A stretch of DNA of 64,000 nt from an uncultured Acidimicrobiia bacterium (lineage in GTDB: Bacteria; Actinomycetota; Acidimicrobiia; Spongiisociales; ZC4RG35): the NCBI GenBank assembly GCA_963744905.1, contig CAVUUV010000002.1, positions 261,382-325,381 on the forward strand, written 5' to 3'. The translations under genes were made by a program, and so were the position numbers. Shown piece by piece: positions 40,330 through 50,064 of this stretch (its first letter is position 1; each line of letters starts with the position of its first letter). The notes beneath the pieces are model-generated. The model searched no databases and was not told the origin of the DNA. It saw only the letters and a program-made list of their open reading frames with translations.

Positions 40330-41960
40330 CCCTATCGGCTCTTGAGCCCTCCGCGAGGGCCGTACTGGTACCTGATCCAGACGGTCATCAGCTTCGCTCT
40401 CGATCGGAGGACGCTCCGGCCGCGACTCTCGATTTCGACTACATCCCACGGGCCTTGATGGTCCTACGCAACCAACCTGGGATGGCGGCGAGTCCGGATG
40501 CTGGTGACGGTGTGATTATGACGGGCAGGTCCTCGTCCTGCGAGGAGGATCCGGAGCTTGTAGTTGGCGAAGTTCCGGAAGCCACGGCCGGATCTCTTGA
40601 CGGTTTTGATGGTCAGGTTGGCCGCTTCGGTCTTGCCGTTGGAGGCGCCGGTGTGATGGTGAGCCAGGATCTCAGTTCGCCACCGGGTCAGGGTCTTGGC
40701 GAGGCGACGCAGTTCGGGTCCGGACTCGTCGTCGAGACACCATTCGGTCGCCCGGTCGAGGGCCGCTTCAGCGGCGGCGGGGTCGTCGGTGAGATACACA
40801 TCACGGACATACTCCTTGGCTACCCAGGCGTCTTGGACCAGCCCGTCAGCGTCGCCCTCTCGGAGAGCCCGATGGATCCGCTCCCATCCCCGCTCGTCGA
40901 CCCGTTCGGCCGCCATCAACAGCAGCTTACGCACCCCAAAGAGGGGATCTCTCTTGCGGCCCCGATGACCCAGCGTCTCGTTTTGGACTCGCTGACGGCA
41001 CTTGGTGAGCGCCTGGTTGGCGAGACGAACAATGTGGAATCCGTCCACCACCAAGGTCACATCCCAGAGTGCAGAGACCTGGCCGGTGACAGGGTCGACA
41101 CCACAGATGGCGGCCCGGTAGCCCTCATGAGGATCGACCGACACCACCTTCACCGCCTCCAGATGCTCGGCGGACTGTTTTCGCATCCATTCCCGCAGAT
41201 CCTTGGCGTCGCGACCCTCGAACACATCGGCGATCCGACCCGAACGGGTATCTACCACCGACGTCACGAACCGTCGCCGCCGACCCCGCGAAGCCGGCGA
41301 CATCACCGTCTCATCGAACCCGACCTGGGTGGGGAACTCCCAGGACTCAGCATCATCGCCTAGCCGCCCCCCGCCCACACGCCTCACCGCTTCCATCACC
41401 GTTCCCCATGCCACCCCCAACCGCCGCCGACACGACTCAACCGTCCCCTCCACCGCCTCCACCCGGTCGGTCACCCACTCCTCGGCCCGGGCCGTCAACA
41501 CCCGCCGAGGGGCGGCAATGTCGGGCCGCTGCTCGGTCCACGTCCTCACCAAACAGGAAGGATCGACACACTCCCAGATCCGCTTCCACCACTCCACCCG
41601 CACCGACCGGGCACCCATCGGGACATCCCGCACCGTCACCCACCGGCGGTCCTTGGGCCGAGCCACCAACCCGCACCCTCCACAAGTCACCAGCCCCCGA
41701 ACCGTCTCAATCTCCACCACCACCTCCCCGTCGTCCGTCTCCACCATCCGCCGGACGGTCACATCCCGCCAACCCAACAACACTGAACTACCGTCACCCA
41801 TCAGGGGGACCTCCTGTCGGTACCCGGACCTTGCAGTCACGAGCATCACAGAGGTCCCCCTCTCACCGAAAGACCATCACCTCATCCCAGCTTCGATGAG
41901 TAGGGCCCCTTTGATCCACCTCCTGGTGGCCGAGCAGTAGGAGCAAGAAGCCACTCAAGT
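40330..41960 (-). mobile_element. ISL3-family insertion sequence (ends not resolved)
   Basis: Single transposase gene in a 2-kb gap that interrupts the pseudopilin array. Terminal inverted repeats could not be confidently identified by eye. Confidence 0.4.
40464..41849 (-). CDS. ISL3-family transposase
   Basis: N-terminal zinc-finger region VTCGGCGLVARPKDRRWVTVRDVPMGARSVRVEWWKRIWEC...; DDE domain; ~440-460 aa. Confidence 0.8.
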   Translation of the reverse strand: MMLVTARSGYRQEVPLMGDGSSVLLGWRDVTVRRMVETDDGEVVVEIETVRGLVTCGGCGLVARPKDRRWVTVRDVPMGARSVRVEWWKRIWECVDPSCLVRTWTEQRPDIAAPRRVLTARAEEWVTDRVEAVEGTVESCRRRLGVAWGTVMEAVRRVGGGRLGDDAESWEFPTQVGFDETVMSPASRGRRRRFVTSVVDTRSGRIADVFEGRDAKDLREWMRKQSAEHLEAVKVVSVDPHEGYRAAICGVDPVTGQVSALWDVTLVVDGFHIVRLANQALTKCRQRVQNETLGHRGRKRDPLFGVRKLLLMAAERVDERGWERIHRALREGDADGLVQDAWVAKEYVRDVYLTDDPAAAEAALDRATEWCLDDESGPELRRLAKTLTRWRTEILAHHHTGASNGKTEAANLTIKTVKRSGRGFRNFANYKLRILLAGRGPARHNHTVTSIRTRRHPRLVA

Positions 41961-42040
41961 TCCTCCGGCTTCCTGTCGATATGGACCTCCAAGCGGTCCG
42001 CTACCACTAGGCCTGCGTCGAGCCAGAAAGCACAGGGGTC

Positions 42041-42562
42041 ATGAGGATGGAATCTCGCCGAAACAGACGAGAGCGGGGGGCAACAATGATCGAGTTCGCC
42101 ATAGTGGCGCCTCTCCTGTTCCTCCTGCTCTTCGGGGTCATCGAGTTCAGTCGCCTCATCGGGGCCTACACGTCGGTGTGGACTGCAGCCAGGGAAGGAG
42201 CCCGCTACGCCACCACTTCGGGCGACGACCCCTACAACCCCAACATTCTCCGCTATCGGAGCTGTGACGGAATACTGGCGGCCGCCCAGTCGAAGGCGGT
42301 CCTGAGCAAGGTGACGACCGCCAACATCGACATCTCATGGGTGGCCCCCGACGGGACCGTTCTCGCCGATTGCGATTCCTCAACGGCGCCGCCCGACCCG
42401 GCCACGGATCACAACCTCCTCCTTCCCGACGGAACCAAGATCGAGGTGACCGTTACGGACACCTTCCAGGGGGTATCGCCCATCGTGGGCGGGCTGCTGG
42501 ACGGCCTCGATCTCAGCTCCACTCAACGACGGTCGATCTACCTGGGGGTTCTCGGTGGCTGA
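42041..42562 (+). CDS. TadE-like pseudopilin
   Basis: ERGATMIEFAIVAPLLFLLLFGVIEFSRLIGAYTSVWTAAREGARYA. Confidence 0.65.
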   Translation: MRMESRRNRRERGATMIEFAIVAPLLFLLLFGVIEFSRLIGAYTSVWTAAREGARYATTSGDDPYNPNILRYRSCDGILAAAQSKAVLSKVTTANIDISWVAPDGTVLADCDSSTAPPDPATDHNLLLPDGTKIEVTVTDTFQGVSPIVGGLLDGLDLSSTQRRSIYLGVLGG

Positions 42563-42974
42563 CACCATGAAAGAGAGAGGCGCCGCCGTGGTCGAGATGG
42601 CCTTCCTTACCATCTTCCTCATCGTCCTGGTCACCGGAATCATCGACATCGGACGGGCTATCTACACCGACATATCCGTACAGGAGGCCGCCCAGGAAGG
42701 AGCCCACTACGCCAGCTTCGAGGAGGCCGCCACCGTTGCAGAGATCGTCGACCGGACCGTGAACAGCACCGGCTCGATCACAGTCGATCCCGTCGACGTC
42801 AATATCACCTGTACGGCTGTGACCCGAGGCAAGCGCAATGCCACCCGGGTCGAGGTGTCGGTCGATTACACCCTCGGCCTGATCACCCCTGTCATCTCCG
42901 ACTGGTTCGGAGGGACGCTGACGCTCCACAAGACCGCGGAAGTCGAACGCTTCTACGAGAGTTGCCCGGCATGA
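42555..42974 (+). CDS. TadE-like pseudopilin
   Basis: ERGAAVVEMAFLTIFLIVLVTGIIDIGRAIYTDISVQEAAQEGAHYA; overlaps the upstream gene (ATGA). Confidence 0.65.
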   Translation: MADTMKERGAAVVEMAFLTIFLIVLVTGIIDIGRAIYTDISVQEAAQEGAHYASFEEAATVAEIVDRTVNSTGSITVDPVDVNITCTAVTRGKRNATRVEVSVDYTLGLITPVISDWFGGTLTLHKTAEVERFYESCPA

Positions 42975-43014
42975 ACCGAAACCCTGCCCAACCAAGCACG
43001 AGGACCAGTCGCCG

Positions 43015-44229
43015 ATGAGCACCGTACGCCACATACTGTCGATGAGATCACCTCGAGGGGAAAGGGGCGCCGCCGCCATCATGGTCGCCATCTCCCTTCT
43101 GATGCTGCTGGGTGTCACGGCTCTGGCCATCGACGGCAGCTCGGCCTACAACGATCGTCGAGGCAGCCAGAACGCAGCCGACAACGCTGCCCTGGCCGCC
43201 GCCTGGCAGCAATGCAATCCCGACACCATTGGCTCCACGCCCGAGAACGCGGCCCGGGCAACGGCCGCCGACAACGGTTACGACGACAAGAACCCAGACG
43301 TGACCGTCACTCCCACCCAGGTGAGTGCCGGCGTCTGGGAGGTGAAGATAACCAAGCTGCAGGACGGCATCTTCGGGCAGGCCACGCCGTATGCCCCCGA
43401 CGCCCTCACCGTCGTCTCCCAGGCGGTGGCCGAATGCGTGGTCCAGGAGTACCTGGGCAACTACGCCCTCTTCGCGGCGGCCTATGGGTGCTCCGGAGAC
43501 GAGATATCCGTCACGAGCTCCAATATCGACGTCACTGGCGGCGTCTTCTCCAACGAGCAGATCACGATCAGTGGCGGCGGCCCCGGCGTCACGGGTGACA
43601 TCATCAACCGCGACCCCTCGGGTGGCAGCGACGGAACCTACGACAAGGGACCACCCCAGAAATATCCGGTCGACCTCGATATCACCGACTTCCGCCCCGG
43701 CGGCACGGAAAGCAGCGACCCCAACTACCACGCCGCTTCCGGAAACATCGACAGCAACTGGCTGGTCAATAACGGCTACACGACGATGGTTTCCGGCACA
43801 CCCAACCTGACGGTATCGGGAATCTACTACTCACCGGGTTCCATCACCCTGATCAAGGGCCTCACCACCAATCCGGGCGTGAAGGCGACCTTCGTGGCAG
43901 AGAAGGACATCCAGATGCAACAGAAGGTGACCCTCACCGGCTATGCCAACGTGGTCAGCGGCGCCTACTCTCCGTTGGCCCTCTTCGCCAACGACCCGGG
44001 ATCACCGTCGTGCAACCGGACGGCCATAAAGTTCGCCACCAGCGAGACCAAGGCCATAACCGGGCTCATCTTCGCTCCCAACGGGGCGGTGGATATGTCA
44101 GGGTCTACCATCGAGGTCAACGGCTCGATTCTCGCCTACCGCATCAACGCCTCGACCTCGTCTCTCACCGTGACCTGGCAGGACGCCCCCGGCGCTCCCG
44201 ACGACTTCGTGGTCAATCTCCTCGAGTAG
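43015..44229 (+). CDS. TadG-like pilus assembly protein
   Basis: ERGAAAIMVAISLLMLLGVTALAIDGSSAYNDRRGSQNAADNAALAAAW; 404 aa. Confidence 0.65.
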   Translation: MSTVRHILSMRSPRGERGAAAIMVAISLLMLLGVTALAIDGSSAYNDRRGSQNAADNAALAAAWQQCNPDTIGSTPENAARATAADNGYDDKNPDVTVTPTQVSAGVWEVKITKLQDGIFGQATPYAPDALTVVSQAVAECVVQEYLGNYALFAAAYGCSGDEISVTSSNIDVTGGVFSNEQITISGGGPGVTGDIINRDPSGGSDGTYDKGPPQKYPVDLDITDFRPGGTESSDPNYHAASGNIDSNWLVNNGYTTMVSGTPNLTVSGIYYSPGSITLIKGLTTNPGVKATFVAEKDIQMQQKVTLTGYANVVSGAYSPLALFANDPGSPSCNRTAIKFATSETKAITGLIFAPNGAVDMSGSTIEVNGSILAYRINASTSSLTVTWQDAPGAPDDFVVNLLE

Positions 44230-44628
44230 GCTCCACCCCGGCGGAGTCGCCGTGTTCTGGCCGCAGCCTCCAACGCCTCCAGATGCATGCCGCGGACCAG
44301 AACCCCGCTGACGGCCTCACGAGGTTCGCACGTTGGTGGGATACGGCTCCCGCTGGGTGATCAGCCTCCTCCGGTGCAGCCCAACTGTCAGCGCCTTGAA
44401 GGGAGATCGCAAAACGAAAGCGCTCGTCCATGGGCCAAGGGGCGCATTCGTACCCTTCGCCGATGTGACGGACTCATCCATTGGCAGTCGAAACCCTGTC
44501 CCGCGTAGGCTGCGGCGGCAGGGTCGGATCCGCGTGAGGTCACCTATTGCGCGAGCAGGGGTGGGCGTTTAGCCTGACCGCAGAGAGTGACCAGGGCGGT
44601 CACAGTCTGAAGGCAACCGAGGGGTCAA

Positions 44629-45180
44629 ATGGGAGGCTTCGAGTCGAAGAACCAAAGGCGCGTCCCGGCGCGGCGTCGGGAGCGAGGCGCATCGCTGGTG
44701 GAGATGGCCCTCGTCCTGCCACTCTTGGTGATGCTGCTCTTGGGGATCGTCAGTTCGGGCATCGCCTACAACCACCAGCTCAGCCTGACCCACTCGGCTC
44801 GGGAAGCGGGCCGCTATGGCGCCACCCTGCCGGTCGACAACTTCGCATCCATGAGTGGGTGGCTTTCCGCCGTCGAAACCAGGGCCATAGACAGCGCCAC
44901 CGGCTCCCTCAACGCCGGGACCCCGGGCCTGTACATATGCGTCGCCTACGTGTTCCCCAACGGAACCGCCGCCGACGACTCGACCGCCAGACGTATCAAC
45001 AGCGCCGGGACCGTGACCACCGATTCCGGAACGTGCTTCTCTGACGGACGGCCCAACGACGAGCGCCGGGTCCAGGTCGAGGTCCGTCGAGACGTGGACT
45101 TCAACGCCCTTCTGTTCCAGACCACCATCACCCTCCACTCCCAGGCCGCCAACAAGTTCGAGGCGGCGTTGGGGGCATGA
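44629..45180 (+). CDS. TadE-like pseudopilin
   Basis: ERGASLVEMALVLPLLVMLLLGIVSSGIAYNHQLSLTHSAREAGRYGA. Confidence 0.65.
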   Translation: MGGFESKNQRRVPARRRERGASLVEMALVLPLLVMLLLGIVSSGIAYNHQLSLTHSAREAGRYGATLPVDNFASMSGWLSAVETRAIDSATGSLNAGTPGLYICVAYVFPNGTAADDSTARRINSAGTVTTDSGTCFSDGRPNDERRVQVEVRRDVDFNALLFQTTITLHSQAANKFEAALGA

Positions 45181-46913
45181 TGAGCCGCTGGAATCCTCGC
45201 GAGGAGAAGGGAGCCACCCTGATCATCGTGACGGCCGCCCTGCTGATGCTGTTTGGAGCCGCGGCCTTGGCCGTCGACATGTCCGGTCTCCGCTCCGACA
45301 TACGCTCCGACCGGCTGGCAGCCGATGCGGCCGCAACGGCCGGCGCCGCCTTCATCAACCCATTCGCCGGCAGCCAGGCCGACCAGGCCTGTGAGGCGGC
45401 ATGGAACTACCTGCAGCTCAACTTGAGCGACGCCAATACATCTGTGTCGCCGCCGAACTGCACCGTCTTCGCCGGGTCCTGCATCCCCTCTATCGTCCGC
45501 CAGGCAACGGCATCCGCCGGACCATACAACTTCACGATCACCCATCCCGTCCCCGACAACGACCCCCTGATGGCCGGACAGGCCATCAACCTGGAAATCG
45601 ACGGCGCGCCTTGTCAGCGGCTGGGAGTGGAGGTCAAACGCGTCCGCGATTACTACTTCGCGCCCGTGATGGGTTTCGACTCCGGCTCTACCACCATCCA
45701 CAGCGTGGCCCGGATCGCGGCCGACATCGGGGAGGGAGAGGTCGTGCCCCTGCTGGTGCTGGAGCCCACCTCGTGCAATGCCCTCTACGCCAGTGGTCAG
45801 GGCGGAGTCACCGTCGACTACTACCAGGACTCGCCGGGTTTCATCGTCGTCGACTCCGATGCCAACGGCGGAAATGCTCCAAACAACTGCACCGCCAACC
45901 GGTACGCCATAGACGCCCAGGGCAACAACAACGGCTGGATCCGGGCACTGCCCGTGCCGGCACCCCAGAACATCCCCTCCGCCATCCTGTCCTACGCCCT
46001 CTCGGGTAAACCCGGCACCAACGCTGCCTATGCCTACGACCCCAATGACCTGGTCACACCGGCAGCCGGCGTCGATCCATCGGATCCGGCTTACACCGCA
46101 TTCCGTCTCTACCCCACCCCGCAGCCGATCTCACGTCGGATCACCCGGGCACCGATCGACTGGCGCTACAACTGCAAGTCGAGCTATCCGGATTACCTGG
46201 GGTGGGTCCCGGTCGACGGATGCCCGGATGCTGCTGCTCCTCACATCGACCAGTTGATATCCCGCTATGGGGGAAACGCCTCGCCCATGGGGATTTCACA
46301 ACGCTGGTTTGGCACCTCCGGCTTCTCGTGCTCCCCTGCCACCGACATGACCGTGTCTGGTAACTGGTACGTCGATTGCCCGGGTGGATTCATCGTGAAT
46401 GGCGTGAACATCACCTTCCAGGACGGCGATGTGGTCTTCGACGGCAACGTCGATCTTCGATCATCGGGAACGCTGACCATCAACCCGAGCCCCACTGCCG
46501 ACCACGTCGTCTACGTCCGCAATGACGGAAATCTCCTCAAAGGCGCCCAATCCTCGATCGACATGGAGAGGGTGTTCGTCTATCTGGCGGGTGGAAACTT
46601 GGATCTCACCGGTGGCGACGGAGGCCTTACATGGATCGCTCCGATCAGCGGCGACTTCGAGGACCTGGCCCTCTGGGCCGAGGCCGATCTCCAGTTCCAG
46701 ATCGGTGGCCAGGCGGGAAACACCCTCACCGGCACCTTCTTCACCCCGCTCAGCAACCCCTTCACTCTGACCGGACAGGGTGGACAATTCCAGACCGATG
46801 CCCAATTCCTCACCCGCCGTCTCGAAGTGAAGGGACAGGGCGAGGTGAAGATGCAGCCCGACCCCACCCGCCAAACCCTCATTCCCATTCGCGCCGTCAA
46901 GCTCATCCGCTGA
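45177..46913 (+). CDS. TadG-like pilus assembly protein (578 aa)
   Basis: EKGATLIIVTAALLMLFGAAALAVDMSGLRSDIRSDRLAADAAATAGA; ATGA overlap with the upstream tadE-like gene. Confidence 0.65.
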   Translation: MMSRWNPREEKGATLIIVTAALLMLFGAAALAVDMSGLRSDIRSDRLAADAAATAGAAFINPFAGSQADQACEAAWNYLQLNLSDANTSVSPPNCTVFAGSCIPSIVRQATASAGPYNFTITHPVPDNDPLMAGQAINLEIDGAPCQRLGVEVKRVRDYYFAPVMGFDSGSTTIHSVARIAADIGEGEVVPLLVLEPTSCNALYASGQGGVTVDYYQDSPGFIVVDSDANGGNAPNNCTANRYAIDAQGNNNGWIRALPVPAPQNIPSAILSYALSGKPGTNAAYAYDPNDLVTPAAGVDPSDPAYTAFRLYPTPQPISRRITRAPIDWRYNCKSSYPDYLGWVPVDGCPDAAAPHIDQLISRYGGNASPMGISQRWFGTSGFSCSPATDMTVSGNWYVDCPGGFIVNGVNITFQDGDVVFDGNVDLRSSGTLTINPSPTADHVVYVRNDGNLLKGAQSSIDMERVFVYLAGGNLDLTGGDGGLTWIAPISGDFEDLALWAEADLQFQIGGQAGNTLTGTFFTPLSNPFTLTGQGGQFQTDAQFLTRRLEVKGQGEVKMQPDPTRQTLIPIRAVKLIR

Positions 46914-46970
46914 GTCTGAGCGAGATTCTGCCCCGGGTAACGTGGCCTGATGCGCGCCACACCGCCCGTA

Positions 46971-47822
46971 ATGCCCGCACTGATCACCCCCTTCGACCAG
47001 GCGGATGACCTCGACCCGAAGGCTCACGCCCACAACGTCGGCTTCCTGACCGGCATAGGCTGTGAGGGATTCGTCCTCGGCGGCTCCAACGGAGAGGGCC
47101 CCTACCTGGAGCCGGGCGAGAGACGCCAACTGCTGGAAGCCGCCCGACATGCGGCCCCCAAAGCTCACCTGATGGTGGGCATCATGGCCGAATCGACCCG
47201 CCAGGGAATCTCCCAGGTGGATGAGTGTGAGGCCGCCGACTCGATTCTGGTGATGACCCCCACCACCCTCGTTCGCCGCCAGCCCACCGCCGTCGCCTCC
47301 TACTTCCGGGCCATGGCCGACCACTCCGGGGCGCCGGTCTTCCTCTACTCCGTTCCTCCCACCACCGCCTACAGCCTGGGACTCGACCTCGTCACCGAAC
47401 TGGCCGAGCATCCCAACATCGTCGGGATGAAGGACTCCTCGGGTGACGTGGTGCGGCTCCAGGCCATAGTCGACGCCACTCCGGACGACTTCCTCGTCTA
47501 CTCCGGCTCTTCCCCCGCCGCCACGGCGGCAATAGCCGTGGGAGCGGACGGTGTCATCACCGGCTCGGCCAACTACGCCTTCGGGCTGGTGGCCGCAGTG
47601 GTCCAGGCCGCCCGGACCGACCTGGCCCGGGCTCGCCGTCTCCAGGCCCACCTCACTGCTCTTTCGGAGGCGGTGGAGCGCCTCGGTATTCCCGGTGTGA
47701 AGGCCGCCGCCCGGGCCGCCGGACTCGACCCGGGGCGTCCCCGCCTTCCCCTGGAGCCGCTTGCTCCCCCGTTGGCCGAGGAGGTGGCGCTCCTGGTGGG
47801 GGAACGAACCGGCGTCATCTGA
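46971..47822 (+). CDS. DapA-family (dihydrodipicolinate synthase/N-acetylneuraminate lyase family) aldolase
   Basis: MPALITPF..., GSNGEGPYLEPGERRQL, and Schiff-base lysine region GMKDSSGD. Confidence 0.75.
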   Translation: MPALITPFDQADDLDPKAHAHNVGFLTGIGCEGFVLGGSNGEGPYLEPGERRQLLEAARHAAPKAHLMVGIMAESTRQGISQVDECEAADSILVMTPTTLVRRQPTAVASYFRAMADHSGAPVFLYSVPPTTAYSLGLDLVTELAEHPNIVGMKDSSGDVVRLQAIVDATPDDFLVYSGSSPAATAAIAVGADGVITGSANYAFGLVAAVVQAARTDLARARRLQAHLTALSEAVERLGIPGVKAAARAAGLDPGRPRLPLEPLAPPLAEEVALLVGERTGVI

Positions 47823-47910
47823 GAGCGCCGCCAGAGTTTGAGTACGCGCTCAAAGTCCTGAGGAGCACTGTTACCATCATCCACAGCAGCTTCAGCCAGA
47901 AAGGAAGACC

Positions 47911-48297
47911 ATGGCCGTTCAGTTCCTCACCGGCGAATGGGCCCAGGCCGTTACCGACGCCCTCAACAACCACCCCGGATTCAAGAGCTCCATGGGCTCG
48001 GCCGAGCTGACCATCCAGTTCAAGACGACCGACACTCCCGACGGCGAGGTCGACTACTACATGAACACCTCCGGAGGCGAGGCGCAGCTGGCCATGGGAC
48101 AGGCCGCAGATCCCGACGTCACCATCGCCCAGACCTACGACACCGCCACCGCCATCTCCAAGGGCGAGCTCAACACCCAGACCGCTTTCATGACCGGCAA
48201 GATCAAGGTGTCGGGCAACCTGGCCAAGCTGATGATGCACCAGCGAGCCATCGGAGAGTGGGGATCGGCCGTCAAGGACCTCGACGTCGACTACTGA
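47911..48297 (+). CDS. SCP2 sterol-carrier-like domain protein
   Basis: MAVQFLTGEWAQAVTDALNNHPGF...AFMTGKIKVSGNLAKLMMHQ matches the SCP2 fold. Confidence 0.6.
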   Translation: MAVQFLTGEWAQAVTDALNNHPGFKSSMGSAELTIQFKTTDTPDGEVDYYMNTSGGEAQLAMGQAADPDVTIAQTYDTATAISKGELNTQTAFMTGKIKVSGNLAKLMMHQRAIGEWGSAVKDLDVDY

Positions 48298-48719
48298 GCA
48301 ATCGCCAGCCCGCAATCGTCCAGCGTCGCTTCCATCTCCCCGCCACCGAACTTGAACCGTTCGAAGGAGACCACCTGTTGGATCTCGGAGTCGCTGAGGG
48401 ACTCCCCGAACTCGGGCATCACCGCCGTTATCTCCTTGCCCCCGGCTCCATAGGTAGGACCGTTCTCTTCGGTCCATTTGACCGAGCCCAGGGTCACCCA
48501 GTGGATCTGATCGTCACAGGCGGGGAAAGTGGTCAGCACGCCGGCCAGGGCCGGGCCCGCCCCACCCTGGCCGTTTCCGCCATGACAGGTGGCGCAGCGA
48601 TCGGAGAAGATCTGCTTGCCGGCGTCGAGGTTGGGATCGCCCAGCGACGCAGGGGGGCCGACGCAGGCGGTCAGGAAAACCACCAGGAGCAGCGCCGACC
48701 CGATTCGCCTGCTGCTCAC
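48291..48719 (-). CDS. Mono-haem c-type cytochrome lipoprotein
   Basis: GTG start at 48719 (GTGA overlap). Lipobox LLLVVFLTAC and haem motif CATCHGGNGQGG. Confidence 0.7.
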   Translation of the reverse strand: MSSRRIGSALLLVVFLTACVGPPASLGDPNLDAGKQIFSDRCATCHGGNGQGGAGPALAGVLTTFPACDDQIHWVTLGSVKWTEENGPTYGAGGKEITAVMPEFGESLSDSEIQQVVSFERFKFGGGEMEATLDDCGLAIAQ

Positions 48720-49897
48720 GCAGGTGCCAGCGGTCGCCTGACCATGAGCTGACGGAAGAACCAGTAGACGGCGAACAGCAACGCCGCCCCCATGATCGGA
48801 GCTCCGATTCGCTTCAGGAGGGCAGAGTCGGCCACCAGACCCACCAGGAAGATGACGAGACCGCCGTTGACCCCCCACAGCACGGCCGGGTTGGCCCTTA
48901 CCCCGGACAGCCTCTGCGCCACGGCAAAGAGGGCGTTGGTCATCACCCCGATGAACATGGTGTGGTCGAACGCCAGCAGCACACCGACCGGACCCTCACC
49001 GGTCTCGGGGTCGAGCTGGCCGGAAACGAAGAGCTGGACCAGGTACACCAGCAGGCCGATGCCTACGGCCAGGAACACCACCGACATGCGGGCGAAGTCC
49101 TGCCCGTCACCGGTTCCCCATGAAGCGGGCTTGAGCCGGGACCACATGCGAACGATGAACATGACGACCGCGACCACCTCGAGAGCAGAGGCGATCTGGA
49201 CCAGGGCGTCGATCTCGAAGATGAAAGAGATGTTGATCAGGATCCCGGAGCCGAACAGGCTCCAGGCTACGATCCGGCCACTACGCCCCTCCGGGCCCTC
49301 CAGTAGCCACTCCGTCACCGCCACCCCGGCCAGGATCAGATAGCCGATCAGCATGGCGGGCGGGTGAGCACCGGCCAGCGACGAGGCGGTCTCGTTACTC
49401 AGCCCGGGAAGGGAACCCTGGGCGATAAACAGGCCCAGCAGGACGCCGAGCACAGCCCCTATGCCGAGGGATATGGTGGCCAGCAGGATGGCCAGTTGCG
49501 ACACCGTTCGCGATGAGGTGCGGTAACGGGCCCAGACCCAGGAGATGACCCAGACGATGGCGAGGAGCATGAGGGTGCCGGTGATGGGCCGGTAGATCCC
49601 GGTCCCGGCCAGGAAGGCGATCACATACAGCCCGACCACTGCCGCCGTGATTATCCCGATGCGACGGGCAGACCGTTCCTCGTCCTCACTCACCCCCTGA
49701 CCCAGCATGAGGAAGGCGGAACCGACCACCGAGAGGGTGATCCATCCCAGCGTGCCGGAGTGAACGTGGGTGAGCAGTGCCTCGTGAGAGGGATTCCACA
49801 CGTCCATCCCGTTCAGTATCCCGATGACGATCGTCACCACGAAGATCGCCAGAGCGGTGCGAAATAACACACGCGCCGTGGCGTCGAGTCCCAACAT
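48716..49897 (-). CDS. Polytopic membrane protein (~12 TM; conserved His in TM segments), co-transcribed with cytochrome c
   Basis: Hydropathy pattern. THVHSGTLGW and other His residues in TM regions suggest metal/haem ligands. Start taken at MLGLDATARV. Confidence 0.45.
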   Translation of the reverse strand: MLGLDATARVLFRTALAIFVVTIVIGILNGMDVWNPSHEALLTHVHSGTLGWITLSVVGSAFLMLGQGVSEDEERSARRIGIITAAVVGLYVIAFLAGTGIYRPITGTLMLLAIVWVISWVWARYRTSSRTVSQLAILLATISLGIGAVLGVLLGLFIAQGSLPGLSNETASSLAGAHPPAMLIGYLILAGVAVTEWLLEGPEGRSGRIVAWSLFGSGILINISFIFEIDALVQIASALEVVAVVMFIVRMWSRLKPASWGTGDGQDFARMSVVFLAVGIGLLVYLVQLFVSGQLDPETGEGPVGVLLAFDHTMFIGVMTNALFAVAQRLSGVRANPAVLWGVNGGLVIFLVGLVADSALLKRIGAPIMGAALLFAVYWFFRQLMVRRPLAPA

Positions 49898-50013
49898 GTC
49901 AGCCTCCAGTAGTTGCCCAGGCCGTGCTGGGCGCACGGCGGCCAAAGACTAAGTACTCAATCCACTCCGTGCGGCCGAAAACGGCTAGTTGTCGCAACGA
50001 TCCATCCCAACGC

Positions 50014-50041
50014 AAAAGACCCCGGCCGAACGACCGGGGTC
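50014..50041 (-). terminator. Rho-independent terminator downstream of hup
   Basis: Minus-strand GACCCCGG-(8 nt loop)-CCGGGGTC followed by UUUU. Confidence 0.45.
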
Positions 50042-50064
50042 TTCCACAGATGCTGTCGGTCTTA

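Noticed and set aside
40299-41363. 354-aa plus-strand ORF
   Set aside because: Antisense to the ISL3 transposase gene; Gly/Pro/Arg-rich; no motif.
40035-42040. Attempt to define ISL3 terminal inverted repeats and target-site duplication
   Set aside because: No convincing inverted pair could be found by eye (only weak GGGCC..TGATCC similarities at both ends); boundaries left approximate.
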